NCBI GenBank assembly: GCA_038727515.1
Contig: JAVYVS010000001.1
Span: 128,001 to 192,000 of the forward strand
Direction: 5' to 3'
DNA: 64,000 bases
DNA from: Candidatus Methanomethylicia archaeon
Lineage (GTDB): Archaea; Thermoproteota; Methanomethylicia; Culexarchaeales; Culexarchaeaceae
In this document: positions 1 through 8,838 of the stretch, in pieces
How positions within the stretch are numbered: position 1 is the stretch's first letter
Layout: every line of letters begins with the position of its first letter
The notes under the pieces: model-generated
The model's input: the letters and a program-made list of their open reading frames with translations, nothing else
What the model was told of the DNA's origin: nothing
Databases searched by the model: none
Program-made: the position numbers and the translations under genes

Positions 1-4
1 ATGT

Positions 5-580
5 ATGAAAATCTGTTATGAATTGGAAATGAAAGATAAATCTCTTTGGTGGGCTAATCAAATGTCTAATTTCAGTAATGTTTATGCCCATAGAGATGGA
101 ACTGGAATGGAAATAATAAATCAATTAAATGGAGATATCGATGTATTTGTGGCTTCAATTGGTAGTGGTGGAACATTACTAGGTGTAGCTGAAGCATTAA
201 ATAAATCTTCTATTGATGCTAGTATTATTGGTGTTGAACCAATTGATGCAAAAGTTCTAGAGGATTGGGCTAAAAGTGGATTTCTAAGAAGCTTCTTAGA
301 GAATTTAAATGTTAAATGTGAGAAATTCATTATTGAAGAAATAGTGGATAAGGCACTTCCAAATGAAGTTATACATGTAAATCATGAAGAAGCTAGAATT
401 ATGGCAAATCTACTATGTAGAGAAGAAGGGATATTCTGTGGATTATCCTCTGGTGCAAATGTTTATGCAGCATTAAAGATAGCTAAGAAACTTGGTAGAA
501 AGGTAAATATAGTTACTGTTTGTGTTGATAGAAGAGATAGATATCTACCTGAATATCCAAATGAAACCTACGTTATATAA
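5..580 (+). CDS. PLP-dependent cysteine synthase family protein (CysK/CysM-like), 5'-truncated by window edge
   Basis: NQMSNFSNVYAH, ASIGSGGT phosphate loop, EEGIFCGLSSGANV, VCVDRRDRY; frame is open to the window start. Confidence 0.85.
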   Translation: MKICYELEMKDKSLWWANQMSNFSNVYAHRDGTGMEIINQLNGDIDVFVASIGSGGTLLGVAEALNKSSIDASIIGVEPIDAKVLEDWAKSGFLRSFLENLNVKCEKFIIEEIVDKALPNEVIHVNHEEARIMANLLCREEGIFCGLSSGANVYAALKIAKKLGRKVNIVTVCVDRRDRYLPEYPNETYVI

Positions 581-829
581 CTATATGGAAATCCCATAAT
601 GCATCTTTATAAGTATCCATATCAAATAGATTATCCCAATAATTATCAGTATAGGTGATGTAGCAAATATAAAACCATTACTACGATAAACCCAAAGAAT
701 TATCCATGGAATCCTCTCTATAGATATCGATGGAATAAGTTTAATGAGTAATGGAACTAAAATAAATATTACACCAAGAACAATGAAGAATATACCTAAA
801 CCTATAAATGCTCTCTCAAAAAACTCCAT
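581..829 (-). CDS. Small membrane protein of unknown function
   Basis: Two hydrophobic segments; ATG at 829 is preceded by GGAGG. Confidence 0.6.
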   Translation of the reverse strand: MEFFERAFIGLGIFFIVLGVIFILVPLLIKLIPSISIERIPWIILWVYRSNGFIFATSPILIIIGIIYLIWILIKMHYGISI

Positions 830-913
830 ATAAATCCTCCAAAAACAAATCCACAAAATATTTCATAAATATAACGGTTAAATTAATTTAATCACCCTAA
901 ACATCCAACATAA

Positions 914-1690
914 TTAAAACATTGATTTTAGAAACTTTAATAATCCAATATCCTTTAAGTTATCATTAATCAATCTATACACATTCAACGTTCTATTCAT
1001 TAATTCACTAGGCCCCTCCTTAAGTGATAATGGATATATAGATGAAAACAGTATCGTATAAGTTAATTCTATTTTTGTAAGTTTCCTACCATAACCTTCA
1101 TGAAATGCTTTAATTGCAGTCATACATCTATCCCTTTCAAGCCCTAAAATACTCGTAACATAAGTTACTATATCACTTATCCTCCTAAATTCTGTAGCCT
1201 TCGTAAAGAATTCTAAATCCAACCTATATATCTCCCCACCCCTCAAAATGTAATTTTCAATCCTACAATCTACATATGCAAAACCATGATCATGCAATTC
1301 CCTCAATTTAAAACCAAGCTCCCTCGAAAACCTATATACATCATTTAAATCAGCCTCCCTATAAAAATCCAATAAACATATTCCATCTATAAACTCCATG
1401 ACTATCTTCTTATCATCATATTGAAATACCTCAGGAGTTTTAACATTAAATTCCCTCAAGATCCTTCTACCATTCAACTCATTCTCTATCCTCTCCTTTA
1501 TAGAAGGAAAATAATAATCTTCAAATCTAAATATAGACAAACGTAATAATGAATCTATAAAACATGCAATATTATACAATGTAAATATTAACGCAGGCTT
1601 CAAAACATCAAACTCTTTAACTAAAACCCTCCTACCACCCTCATCCAAAACCCTAATCCTATTAGTCCTCCACTCAAAACCTTCAAACAC
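914..1690 (-). CDS. Atypical protein kinase-fold protein (Bud32/RIO/Kdo-like)
   Basis: VLVKEF, KIVMEFIDG, LHDHGFAYVDCRIEN catalytic loop, DLE in place of DFG. Confidence 0.75.
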   Translation of the reverse strand: MFEGFEWRTNRIRVLDEGGRRVLVKEFDVLKPALIFTLYNIACFIDSLLRLSIFRFEDYYFPSIKERIENELNGRRILREFNVKTPEVFQYDDKKIVMEFIDGICLLDFYREADLNDVYRFSRELGFKLRELHDHGFAYVDCRIENYILRGGEIYRLDLEFFTKATEFRRISDIVTYVTSILGLERDRCMTAIKAFHEGYGRKLTKIELTYTILFSSIYPLSLKEGPSELMNRTLNVYRLINDNLKDIGLLKFLKSMF

Positions 1691-1767
1691 AATTTAATCT
1701 AAAATACACAACCCTAAAATATTTTCCATCAAAAACAACACTCCACCATGAATTAAAAAACAAATAT

Positions 1768-3580
1768 CATTCAATTCCCTTTATTGGGTTCGCATTTGAG
1801 TATTGGGGAAAACTATCTTAACACTAATAACTTTCAATTCCCTTTGTTGGGTTCTGTTGTGCTATCACCTCTTAAGCCAGCTAATATTATTGGTCTTTCA
1901 ATTCCCTTTGTTGGGTTCGGGAGTATGAGGATTTTGGAGTCTTGTAGTGTTGTTACTTTCAATTCCCTTTGTTGGGTTCCCAGAACCCTTATAGAGGTTA
2001 TGTATAACCACCTGTCTTTCAATTCCCTTTGTTGGGTTCGTTTTGAAATTATAGATGTTGATTGGAAAGATTACGTTATCTTTCAATTCCCTTTGTTGGG
2101 TTCAAACTTATGTCTGTTGATGCTAATGTTTCATCAAAACTTAACTTTCAATTCCCTTTGTTGGGTTCACATGAAATACAACTCTTTCACGGTCTAACGC
2201 TTTCTTAAACTTTCAATTCCCTTTGTTGGGTTCTCGAGGAACCTCTTCTCCCATTGAGCCTGCATCTCCTTTAGAATCTTTCAATTCCCTTTGTTGGGTT
2301 CATGCCTGTGAAGCCCGATATGACCCTGACATTTCCACCACTCCTTTCAATTCCCTTTGTTGGGTTCACAACTGAGCGTAAAGATTATAATTACTGTTTA
2401 AACGTATACTTTCAATTCCCTTTGTTGGGTTCTGGTTTAATACGTGGACTGTTGAAGCAGGTTGGCAAAACTTTCAATTCCCTTTGTTGGGTTCATCTTA
2501 ACATGGGTTGACCCGACGTTTGACTATGGATGGCTTTCAATTCCCTTTGTTGGGTTCATGCCGAGGACAAAGTACTTCGGTCGCTGGTGCGGGGATACTT
2601 TCAATTCCCTTTGTTGGGTTCGGATTACAAGCATAAGCCTATTAGGGTTATTCTCTAAGATTCTTTCAATTCCCTTTGTTGGGTTCGTTGAAATGAGGTT
2701 AACAAGCTACCTATTCATAGGTTCAGCTTTCAATTCCCTTTGTTGGGTTCAGCATTATGGCCTGAGATAATGCGTAAGATAAGTGTTTCCTTTCAATTCC
2801 CTTTGTTGGGTTCAGGGAGAACAACTGGATACATAAGACTGAGAGGACTGGCTTTCAATTCCCTTTGTTGGGTTCTTGCAATATGATGGTGATGAGCATG
2901 AGGAGAGCGGTTGCTTTCAATTCCCTTTGTTGGGTTCTTTAGAGTTATATCTTCAAATGCATAGTCATTATTTAATATCTTTCAATTCCCTTTGTTGGGT
3001 TCAACCGAAAAATTTAAATACTCTCAAAACATAAAATATATCTTTCAATTCCCTTTGTTGGGTTCTAACCATGCATCCCTAAATGCCTCCCAGTAATCAA
3101 TATAGCCTTTCAATTCCCTTTGTTGGGTTCGCATTCCCTATAGCTTGGGTATGGATGCTTCCTAACATACATCTTTCAATTCCCTTTGTTGGGTTCCACT
3201 TCATATCACCCCTAACCTTGCAACACGCATATGATACCTTTCAATTCCCTTTGTTGGGTTCAAGGAAAAGAACACGCAAAAGTATCTTTTGAAGTTTCTT
3301 CTTTCAATTCCCTTTGTTGGGTTCGAAGAAGGTTTTATGCCCGGTCTGCCTTGAGGAGTTTGACTTTCAATTCCCTTTGTTGGGTTCACAACTCAACGAA
3401 TGGAGGTGTAATTGAAACTTTAACTTCTTTCAATTCCCTTTGTTGGGTTCGGTATAACTTATTCGTTAAGTACGGTAGGTTAAGCAAGATCTTTCAATTC
3501 CCTTTGTTGGGTTCATACATCCCACAAATACTTGTTGCCTTTCACAAAATTGCTTACTTTCAATTCCCTTTGTTGGGTTC
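1768..3580 (-). CRISPR. CRISPR array: 29 repeats of 24 bp (GAACCCAACAAAGGGAATTGAAAG on the minus strand), 28 spacers of 36-44 bp
   Basis: CTTTCAATTCCCTTTGTTGGGTTC counted 28 times exactly on +, plus a degenerate copy (2 mismatches) at 1768-1791 marking the trailer end; AT-rich leader on the right; 3' ATTGAAAG is typical of archaeal type I-A/III repeats. Confidence 0.99.
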
Positions 3581-3800
3581 CGATATTATTATTTCTTTTT
3601 TTGGTTTAAAAAGGTTTTTCTGATGATTAATTGTAATACGATCATGACACAAACAAAACTTGCATTAAATTGATGATCAAATACACCAATCAATGATATA
3701 GTTCACTGTATAGTTATGCGTAAAATATTCGACAAAAGACGTAAAGTAATTCGACAATCCATAGTTTACCACAAGGTAAACTATATTTGTGTTTTTGTTG
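3581..3800 (-). promoter_or_regulatory. CRISPR leader with BRE-TATA (GAAAAACCTTTTTAAA, about 3605-3620) and a perfect inverted repeat at 3761-3784
   Basis: TATA-like element about 25 bp from the first repeat; ATAGTTTACC-ACAA-GGTAAACTAT palindrome. Confidence 0.75.
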
Positions 3801-3837
3801 ATTTCTTTCATTAGTTTTAAATTTTCTTTTTATAGAT

Positions 3838-5028
3838 TTGTTTTGGTGGTATAAGTTGTTGGCTATTAGGGATGCAACTATTTTAACTATAACAAAGGGT
3901 GTTATTAAGAGGGGTACTATATTGATTGAGAATGGTAAGATTGTGGATGTTGGTGTTGATTTAAAGATTCCTGAGTGTGCTGAGGTTATTGATGCTAGGG
4001 ATAAGGTTGTTATGCCAGGTTTAATTGATGCTCATTGCCATATTGGTATATCTGAGGAAACTGTTGGATGGTTTGGTGAAGATACCAATGAAATGACTGA
4101 TCCTGTTACACCTCATTTAAGAGCTATTGATGCTATTAAAGCTAATGCTGATGAGAAGGGTTTGAGTGCGGCTTTAGAAACTGGTATAACCACGGTTCAA
4201 ATTCTACCTGGGAGTGCTAATGTTATTGGTGGTATGGGTGTTATTATTAAGACTGCTCCTAAAGTGGTTGTGGATGAAATGATTTTGAAGGAGCCTTCTG
4301 GTATGAAGATTGCTTTTGGTGAGAATCCTAGGAGGGTTTATGGTGTTGAACTTAAACGTACTCCAGCTACACGTATGGGTATTGCTGGATTATTGAGGGA
4401 GTGGCTTCAGAAGACTAAGAATTATATGAGGAAGAAGGAGCTTGCAAAAGATGATCCATCTAAAATGCCTGAAATTGATTTAAAGCTTGAAGCTTTAGAA
4501 AAGGTTTTGAGGGGTGAAATACCATTTAGAGCTCATGCTCATAGAGCTGATGATATTGCTACAGCCATTAGAATTGCAGAAGAATTTGGAGTTAAAATTT
4601 CATGGGAGCATGCTACTGAAGGTCATAGGATTGCCAGTTGGATTGCTAAGAAAGGTATACCTGCAGTTTGGGGTCCAAGTTTATTGGCTAGGGGGAAGTG
4701 GGAGATGAGGGAATTAAACTTTGAAACACCAAGAATACTATATGAAGCTGGAGTTAAATTTGCTATTCAAACAGATGCCTTAGGACAAACAATATCATTT
4801 CTACCAATATGTGCTATGATGGCTGCTAAACATGGTTTACCATATGATGAAGCTTTGAAAGCTATAACTATAAATCCCGCTGAAATACTTGGTGTTGCTG
4901 ATAGAATTGGAAGTATTGAGAAGGGTAAAGATGCTGATTTAAGGATTCTCAATGGAGATCCTTTAAACATTATGACTAAGGTGGAAATGGTTATAATTGA
5001 TGGGAAAATCGTTTATACAGCTAAATAA
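3838..5028 (+). CDS. Metal-dependent amidohydrolase (imidazolonepropionase-like superfamily)
   Basis: MPGLIDAHCH, MKIAFGENP, HAHRADD, EHATEG, GSIEKGKDAD. Confidence 0.9.
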   Translation: MFWWYKLLAIRDATILTITKGVIKRGTILIENGKIVDVGVDLKIPECAEVIDARDKVVMPGLIDAHCHIGISEETVGWFGEDTNEMTDPVTPHLRAIDAIKANADEKGLSAALETGITTVQILPGSANVIGGMGVIIKTAPKVVVDEMILKEPSGMKIAFGENPRRVYGVELKRTPATRMGIAGLLREWLQKTKNYMRKKELAKDDPSKMPEIDLKLEALEKVLRGEIPFRAHAHRADDIATAIRIAEEFGVKISWEHATEGHRIASWIAKKGIPAVWGPSLLARGKWEMRELNFETPRILYEAGVKFAIQTDALGQTISFLPICAMMAAKHGLPYDEALKAITINPAEILGVADRIGSIEKGKDADLRILNGDPLNIMTKVEMVIIDGKIVYTAK

Positions 5029-5097
5029 TCAATTTTCATCTATAATTTTTTGTTGGGGGTAAAATTTAAATTATAAGTATTTGAATTTTTAATTGAA

Positions 5098-6864
5098 ATG
5101 CTCCATAAAATTGTCAAATATAGAATTATAATTTTTCTAGTGTTGTTTACCGTACTTGCTCCATTTATATTTCTGAATTCTTCATTTTCGCAAACTACAG
5201 CTAAGGTTTATGAGATTCCATCGATTATTGTGGTTATGGAAGCTTCTAATGATGGTTCAATTATTGTTAATGAAGTTATAACGATAAATTATGTTTCTGG
5301 AGCCTTCACCTATTTCCAGAGGTATATTCCATTGTATGGATTGGATTACATTGAGGTTTTATCTGTTTCTGCTGATGGAGCAAATATTGTTGGTGTTAAA
5401 GTTTCATATTCTTACTATATGGTTTATATAACTATTAATTATGATGTCATTTATGCTCCTCATAAAGTAGTGTTTAACATTGTCTATAAGGTTTATGGTG
5501 GAATTATTTCTCATGGTGCTTCTCAAAATTTAATTGATTGGAATGCTATTGGAAGTGATTGGGAAGTTTCAATAGGTTCTGTTAATGTTCTTGTTCGTCT
5601 TCCAGGGAATTTTGTTGGAAGTAGCTTATTGAGTGTAAGTCCAAATCCCATTAAAACATATTATTCTGATGGGTATACTAATATCGCCTTTACATATTCA
5701 AGTCTTCCACCATATACTGGTTATAGGATTGTTGTAGTATTTCCAAAGATTTATGAGCCAAATCCAGATTACCTATATGTCTTTAAGAATTATCATGGTG
5801 AAACCATTATTTCAATTATTGCTTTATCAACTATAGTAACACTTATTGTATGGTTTATTAGGGGTAGAATGCCTAGGGTTGATGTTGATGAAGGGTTAAT
5901 ATCCCTTGGAGTTTTACCATCAAATCTATCTCCACTTGAAGTATCATATTTATTGAATGGACGTTTAAGTTTTGAGCATGTTATAAGTGAAGTTGTGGAT
6001 TTAGCTAGGAGGGGGTTCTTGAATATTGAGTATGATGATAAGGGTAAAATCATTAATTTCAAACCTTCAGATAGGATTGATTATACTTCAAGGGATGTAA
6101 AGTATGGTTTAAAGAATTTTGAAATGGAAGTTTTACGTTTAGCTTTAAATTCTGAGAATATCTTTGATTTCTCAAGGAATTTTGAAATTCATAGATCTAA
6201 AATTGAAGAAGAAGTTTGTGATGAATTAATTAAAATGGGATACTTTAAGAGTAATATACCTCGTAGACGCTATAATTTGATTAAAATATTCACTGTTACC
6301 ATAGTAATTTTAATGATAGCTACATTATACATTTACAATTTCATTCCAAGCAATAGATTTCTATTCAATGTATATAGGGCTTTACTACCATTATTTGCTG
6401 GTTTTGGTATTAGCCTTATACCTGTGGGTGTAATAATGATAAGTTTATTTAAGAATTATACTTATGAAGGTGCAAAAGCTTATTGGCATTGGAAGAAGTA
6501 TCTTGATCGTTTAACATCAATTAGAGGGGAGGATTTAAAGGAGTATGTAGGTAAAGTTGAAACTCCAACTCTATTTGAAATTAGCTTCCCATACATACTA
6601 TTATATAGACCATTACTGCTTCGTTCATGGGTTATGCCTTGGATTCCACTTATGCCGAGATACTATTATCCAAGATGGTTCTATACCACTGGAGGTCCAA
6701 GTGTACAACTTGATTTCTCAGCATTTACCAATGCCATAATTTCATCCATTGAATATGCCCTTAGACCTCCACAAATAGGTAGAGCTATTCCTGGCGGAGG
6801 AATTTTTGGAGGAGGATTTGGTGGTAGAGGAGGATTTGGTGGTGGCGGTGGAAGAGTTGGTTAA
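5098..6864 (+). CDS. DUF2207-like membrane protein
   Basis: Signal/TM segment, extracellular beta domain (WNAIGSDW), DLARRGFL, two TM helices, Gly-rich GGGFGGGGG tail. Confidence 0.75.
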   Translation: MLHKIVKYRIIIFLVLFTVLAPFIFLNSSFSQTTAKVYEIPSIIVVMEASNDGSIIVNEVITINYVSGAFTYFQRYIPLYGLDYIEVLSVSADGANIVGVKVSYSYYMVYITINYDVIYAPHKVVFNIVYKVYGGIISHGASQNLIDWNAIGSDWEVSIGSVNVLVRLPGNFVGSSLLSVSPNPIKTYYSDGYTNIAFTYSSLPPYTGYRIVVVFPKIYEPNPDYLYVFKNYHGETIISIIALSTIVTLIVWFIRGRMPRVDVDEGLISLGVLPSNLSPLEVSYLLNGRLSFEHVISEVVDLARRGFLNIEYDDKGKIINFKPSDRIDYTSRDVKYGLKNFEMEVLRLALNSENIFDFSRNFEIHRSKIEEEVCDELIKMGYFKSNIPRRRYNLIKIFTVTIVILMIATLYIYNFIPSNRFLFNVYRALLPLFAGFGISLIPVGVIMISLFKNYTYEGAKAYWHWKKYLDRLTSIRGEDLKEYVGKVETPTLFEISFPYILLYRPLLLRSWVMPWIPLMPRYYYPRWFYTTGGPSVQLDFSAFTNAIISSIEYALRPPQIGRAIPGGGIFGGGFGGRGGFGGGGGRVG

Positions 6865-6867
6865 ACC

Positions 6868-7233
6868 CTAAAAATAATACCACCTTTTCTTTTTCCATAT
6901 GAATATTGGTAGGAATGGAAGGAATATTGGAAACCATAATAGTAATGGTGAAATCCAAAATCCATTTCCAAATCCTATGCTAAATGTAAATCCACATTTC
7001 TCACATCTTAAAGTTCGATAACCCACTGGTTTTAAATCTTTTGAACTACATTTTGGGCATATGAGTTCCTTAGAAATTTCATTAATGGTTTTAGGTGGAT
7101 AATATAATTTAACCTTCATTAACCCTTTAGTAAACATGTAGAATGTCAATATGAATAGTGATGCAAATATTATTGTGAAAGCTATAATTATTATTAGGAT
7201 AATGGTTTCTATCGGCCAATATATGATCGTCAT
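6868..7233 (-). CDS. Membrane-anchored zinc-ribbon protein
   Basis: TM helix, CPKC...CEKC, C-terminal hydrophobic segment. Confidence 0.65.
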   Translation of the reverse strand: MTIIYWPIETIILIIIIAFTIIFASLFILTFYMFTKGLMKVKLYYPPKTINEISKELICPKCSSKDLKPVGYRTLRCEKCGFTFSIGFGNGFWISPLLLWFPIFLPFLPIFIWKKKRWYYF

Positions 7234-7258
7234 ACCTAAATCATTAAAATTTGATTTT

Positions 7259-8695
7259 TTATATTAGGTTTTCTCTAGCATACTTTAATATTAATGGGTT
7301 TGATTTAATGTAATCTTCACATCCCATTTCCATAAGTTTTTCTGAAGCTTTTTGTGCTTCATCAATTATCTTTTCTTCATCCATTTTCACGTATCTACCC
7401 TTCTCCACAAGTATTTCTCCATCTACAATTACATATTCAACTTCACTTCCATTAGCACTATAAACTAAGTTGAAGGCTATATTTCTAATTGGTTTATATA
7501 TTATGGGTGTTAAATTCGGCTTCTTTAAATTTACAATGATTATATCAGCCCTCTTACCCTCTTCCAGTGATCCTACAATATCATCAAATCCTAAGCATCT
7601 AGCTCCTTCAATTGTTGCTAATCTAAGTATTTTCCAAGCTGGTAATACAGTTGGATCTCTATGTCTAACTTTATTTAGTATTGCAGCCATCTTCATTTCA
7701 ATAAACATATTAACCGAATTATTACCATTGGCTTGATCAGTACCTATACCTACACTTCTCCCACCTAATTCTAGATAGAGATTTAATGGAGATATTAAAC
7801 CATCAATTAATGCTATTGAAGTTGGACAACTAACCATTCTCACACCTCTATCAACCATAATCTTTAATTCTTCATTACTTGCACCATGACAATGAACACC
7901 AATAACCCTATCACATAAAAACCCTATATTATCAAGATATCTAACTGTGGTTGTATTGTATCTCAATTTTATCTGTATAGCTTCTCTACCACCTTGAGCC
8001 ATATGGAAATGCATTAACAAATCATATTTCTCAGCTAATTCTTTAACTCTTAATAGAGTTTCTGTAGTCAACATATCTGCTGCCACAGGACCTAAACAAC
8101 ATCTAATCCTACCATTACCCCAATTATGCCATTTCTTAACAAGTTCTAATGCTTCTCTAATCCTTTTCTCACAAAGTTCTTTATCCACCTCGTATGGTTC
8201 ATATGGATTTTGACCAATAAGAGGTTTAACTTCACTTATAGGGGTACAAGTGAATGCTCTAGAACCCATTTTAGAATGAACTTCACTATTAATTTCCATC
8301 ATATAGGGGCCATAATCAGCAAATAATGTAGTTCCAGTCTTCAAACCCTCTAAAACTGTGAGTTTAGCTGATTTAATAGCTAAATCAGAAGTTAAATGTT
8401 TTGTGAAGGGTGAAACAGTTTTAATCATCCACTCAATTTCAGGGACATCTTGACATTCACCTCTAGCTATAGTCATATAACTATGAACATGTGCATTAAC
8501 AAGTCCAGGCATAATCACCATACCATGAGCATCAACCCTCTCTTCAGCACCACCAATTTTAGATTCAACATCAAAAGTTTTACCTACAGCAATAATCTTA
8601 CCATCTTCAATAGCTACAGCACCATCCTCAATAAAACCAATACCATTACCCTTCATAGTTAATAGAAATCCATTACGGATAATTAAATCCACCAT
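7259..8695 (-). CDS. Amidohydrolase, TRZ/ATZ - MTA/SAH deaminase (MtaD/DadD)-like
   Basis: MPGLVNAHVH, HFHMAQ, IGVHC, GIGTDQ, GSLEEGKRAD; ATG at 8695 preferred over TTG at 8725. Confidence 0.85.
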   Translation of the reverse strand: MVDLIIRNGFLLTMKGNGIGFIEDGAVAIEDGKIIAVGKTFDVESKIGGAEERVDAHGMVIMPGLVNAHVHSYMTIARGECQDVPEIEWMIKTVSPFTKHLTSDLAIKSAKLTVLEGLKTGTTLFADYGPYMMEINSEVHSKMGSRAFTCTPISEVKPLIGQNPYEPYEVDKELCEKRIREALELVKKWHNWGNGRIRCCLGPVAADMLTTETLLRVKELAEKYDLLMHFHMAQGGREAIQIKLRYNTTTVRYLDNIGFLCDRVIGVHCHGASNEELKIMVDRGVRMVSCPTSIALIDGLISPLNLYLELGGRSVGIGTDQANGNNSVNMFIEMKMAAILNKVRHRDPTVLPAWKILRLATIEGARCLGFDDIVGSLEEGKRADIIIVNLKKPNLTPIIYKPIRNIAFNLVYSANGSEVEYVIVDGEILVEKGRYVKMDEEKIIDEAQKASEKLMEMGCEDYIKSNPLILKYARENLI

Positions 8696-8838
8696 AATAA
8701 TCCCCAAAATAATTATATTAGACAAAATTTAAAGAAGTGGGTTTAGCATTTCATTTGATTTTTATAGGGGTTTCCCTGCTGGAATTTGAAGATTTAAAAT
8801 GAAGATTTCTTTATATAGTTAGATTTTGAGATTTTAAT

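Noticed and set aside
3607-3620. 14-mer TAAAAAGGTTTTTC shared with 62427-62440 as a specific operator or second leader
   Set aside because: Explained by the generic BRE-TATA consensus; no repeats follow the second copy
1784-3623. ORFs called inside the CRISPR array
   Set aside because: They are translations of repeats and spacers (recurring FQFPLLG, LSIPFVG, FNSLCWV)
8767-8786. ORB-like sequence (TTCCAGCAGGGAAAC on the minus strand)
   Set aside because: Single copy, wrong spacing, no downstream G-string, and no cdc6/orc1 nearby
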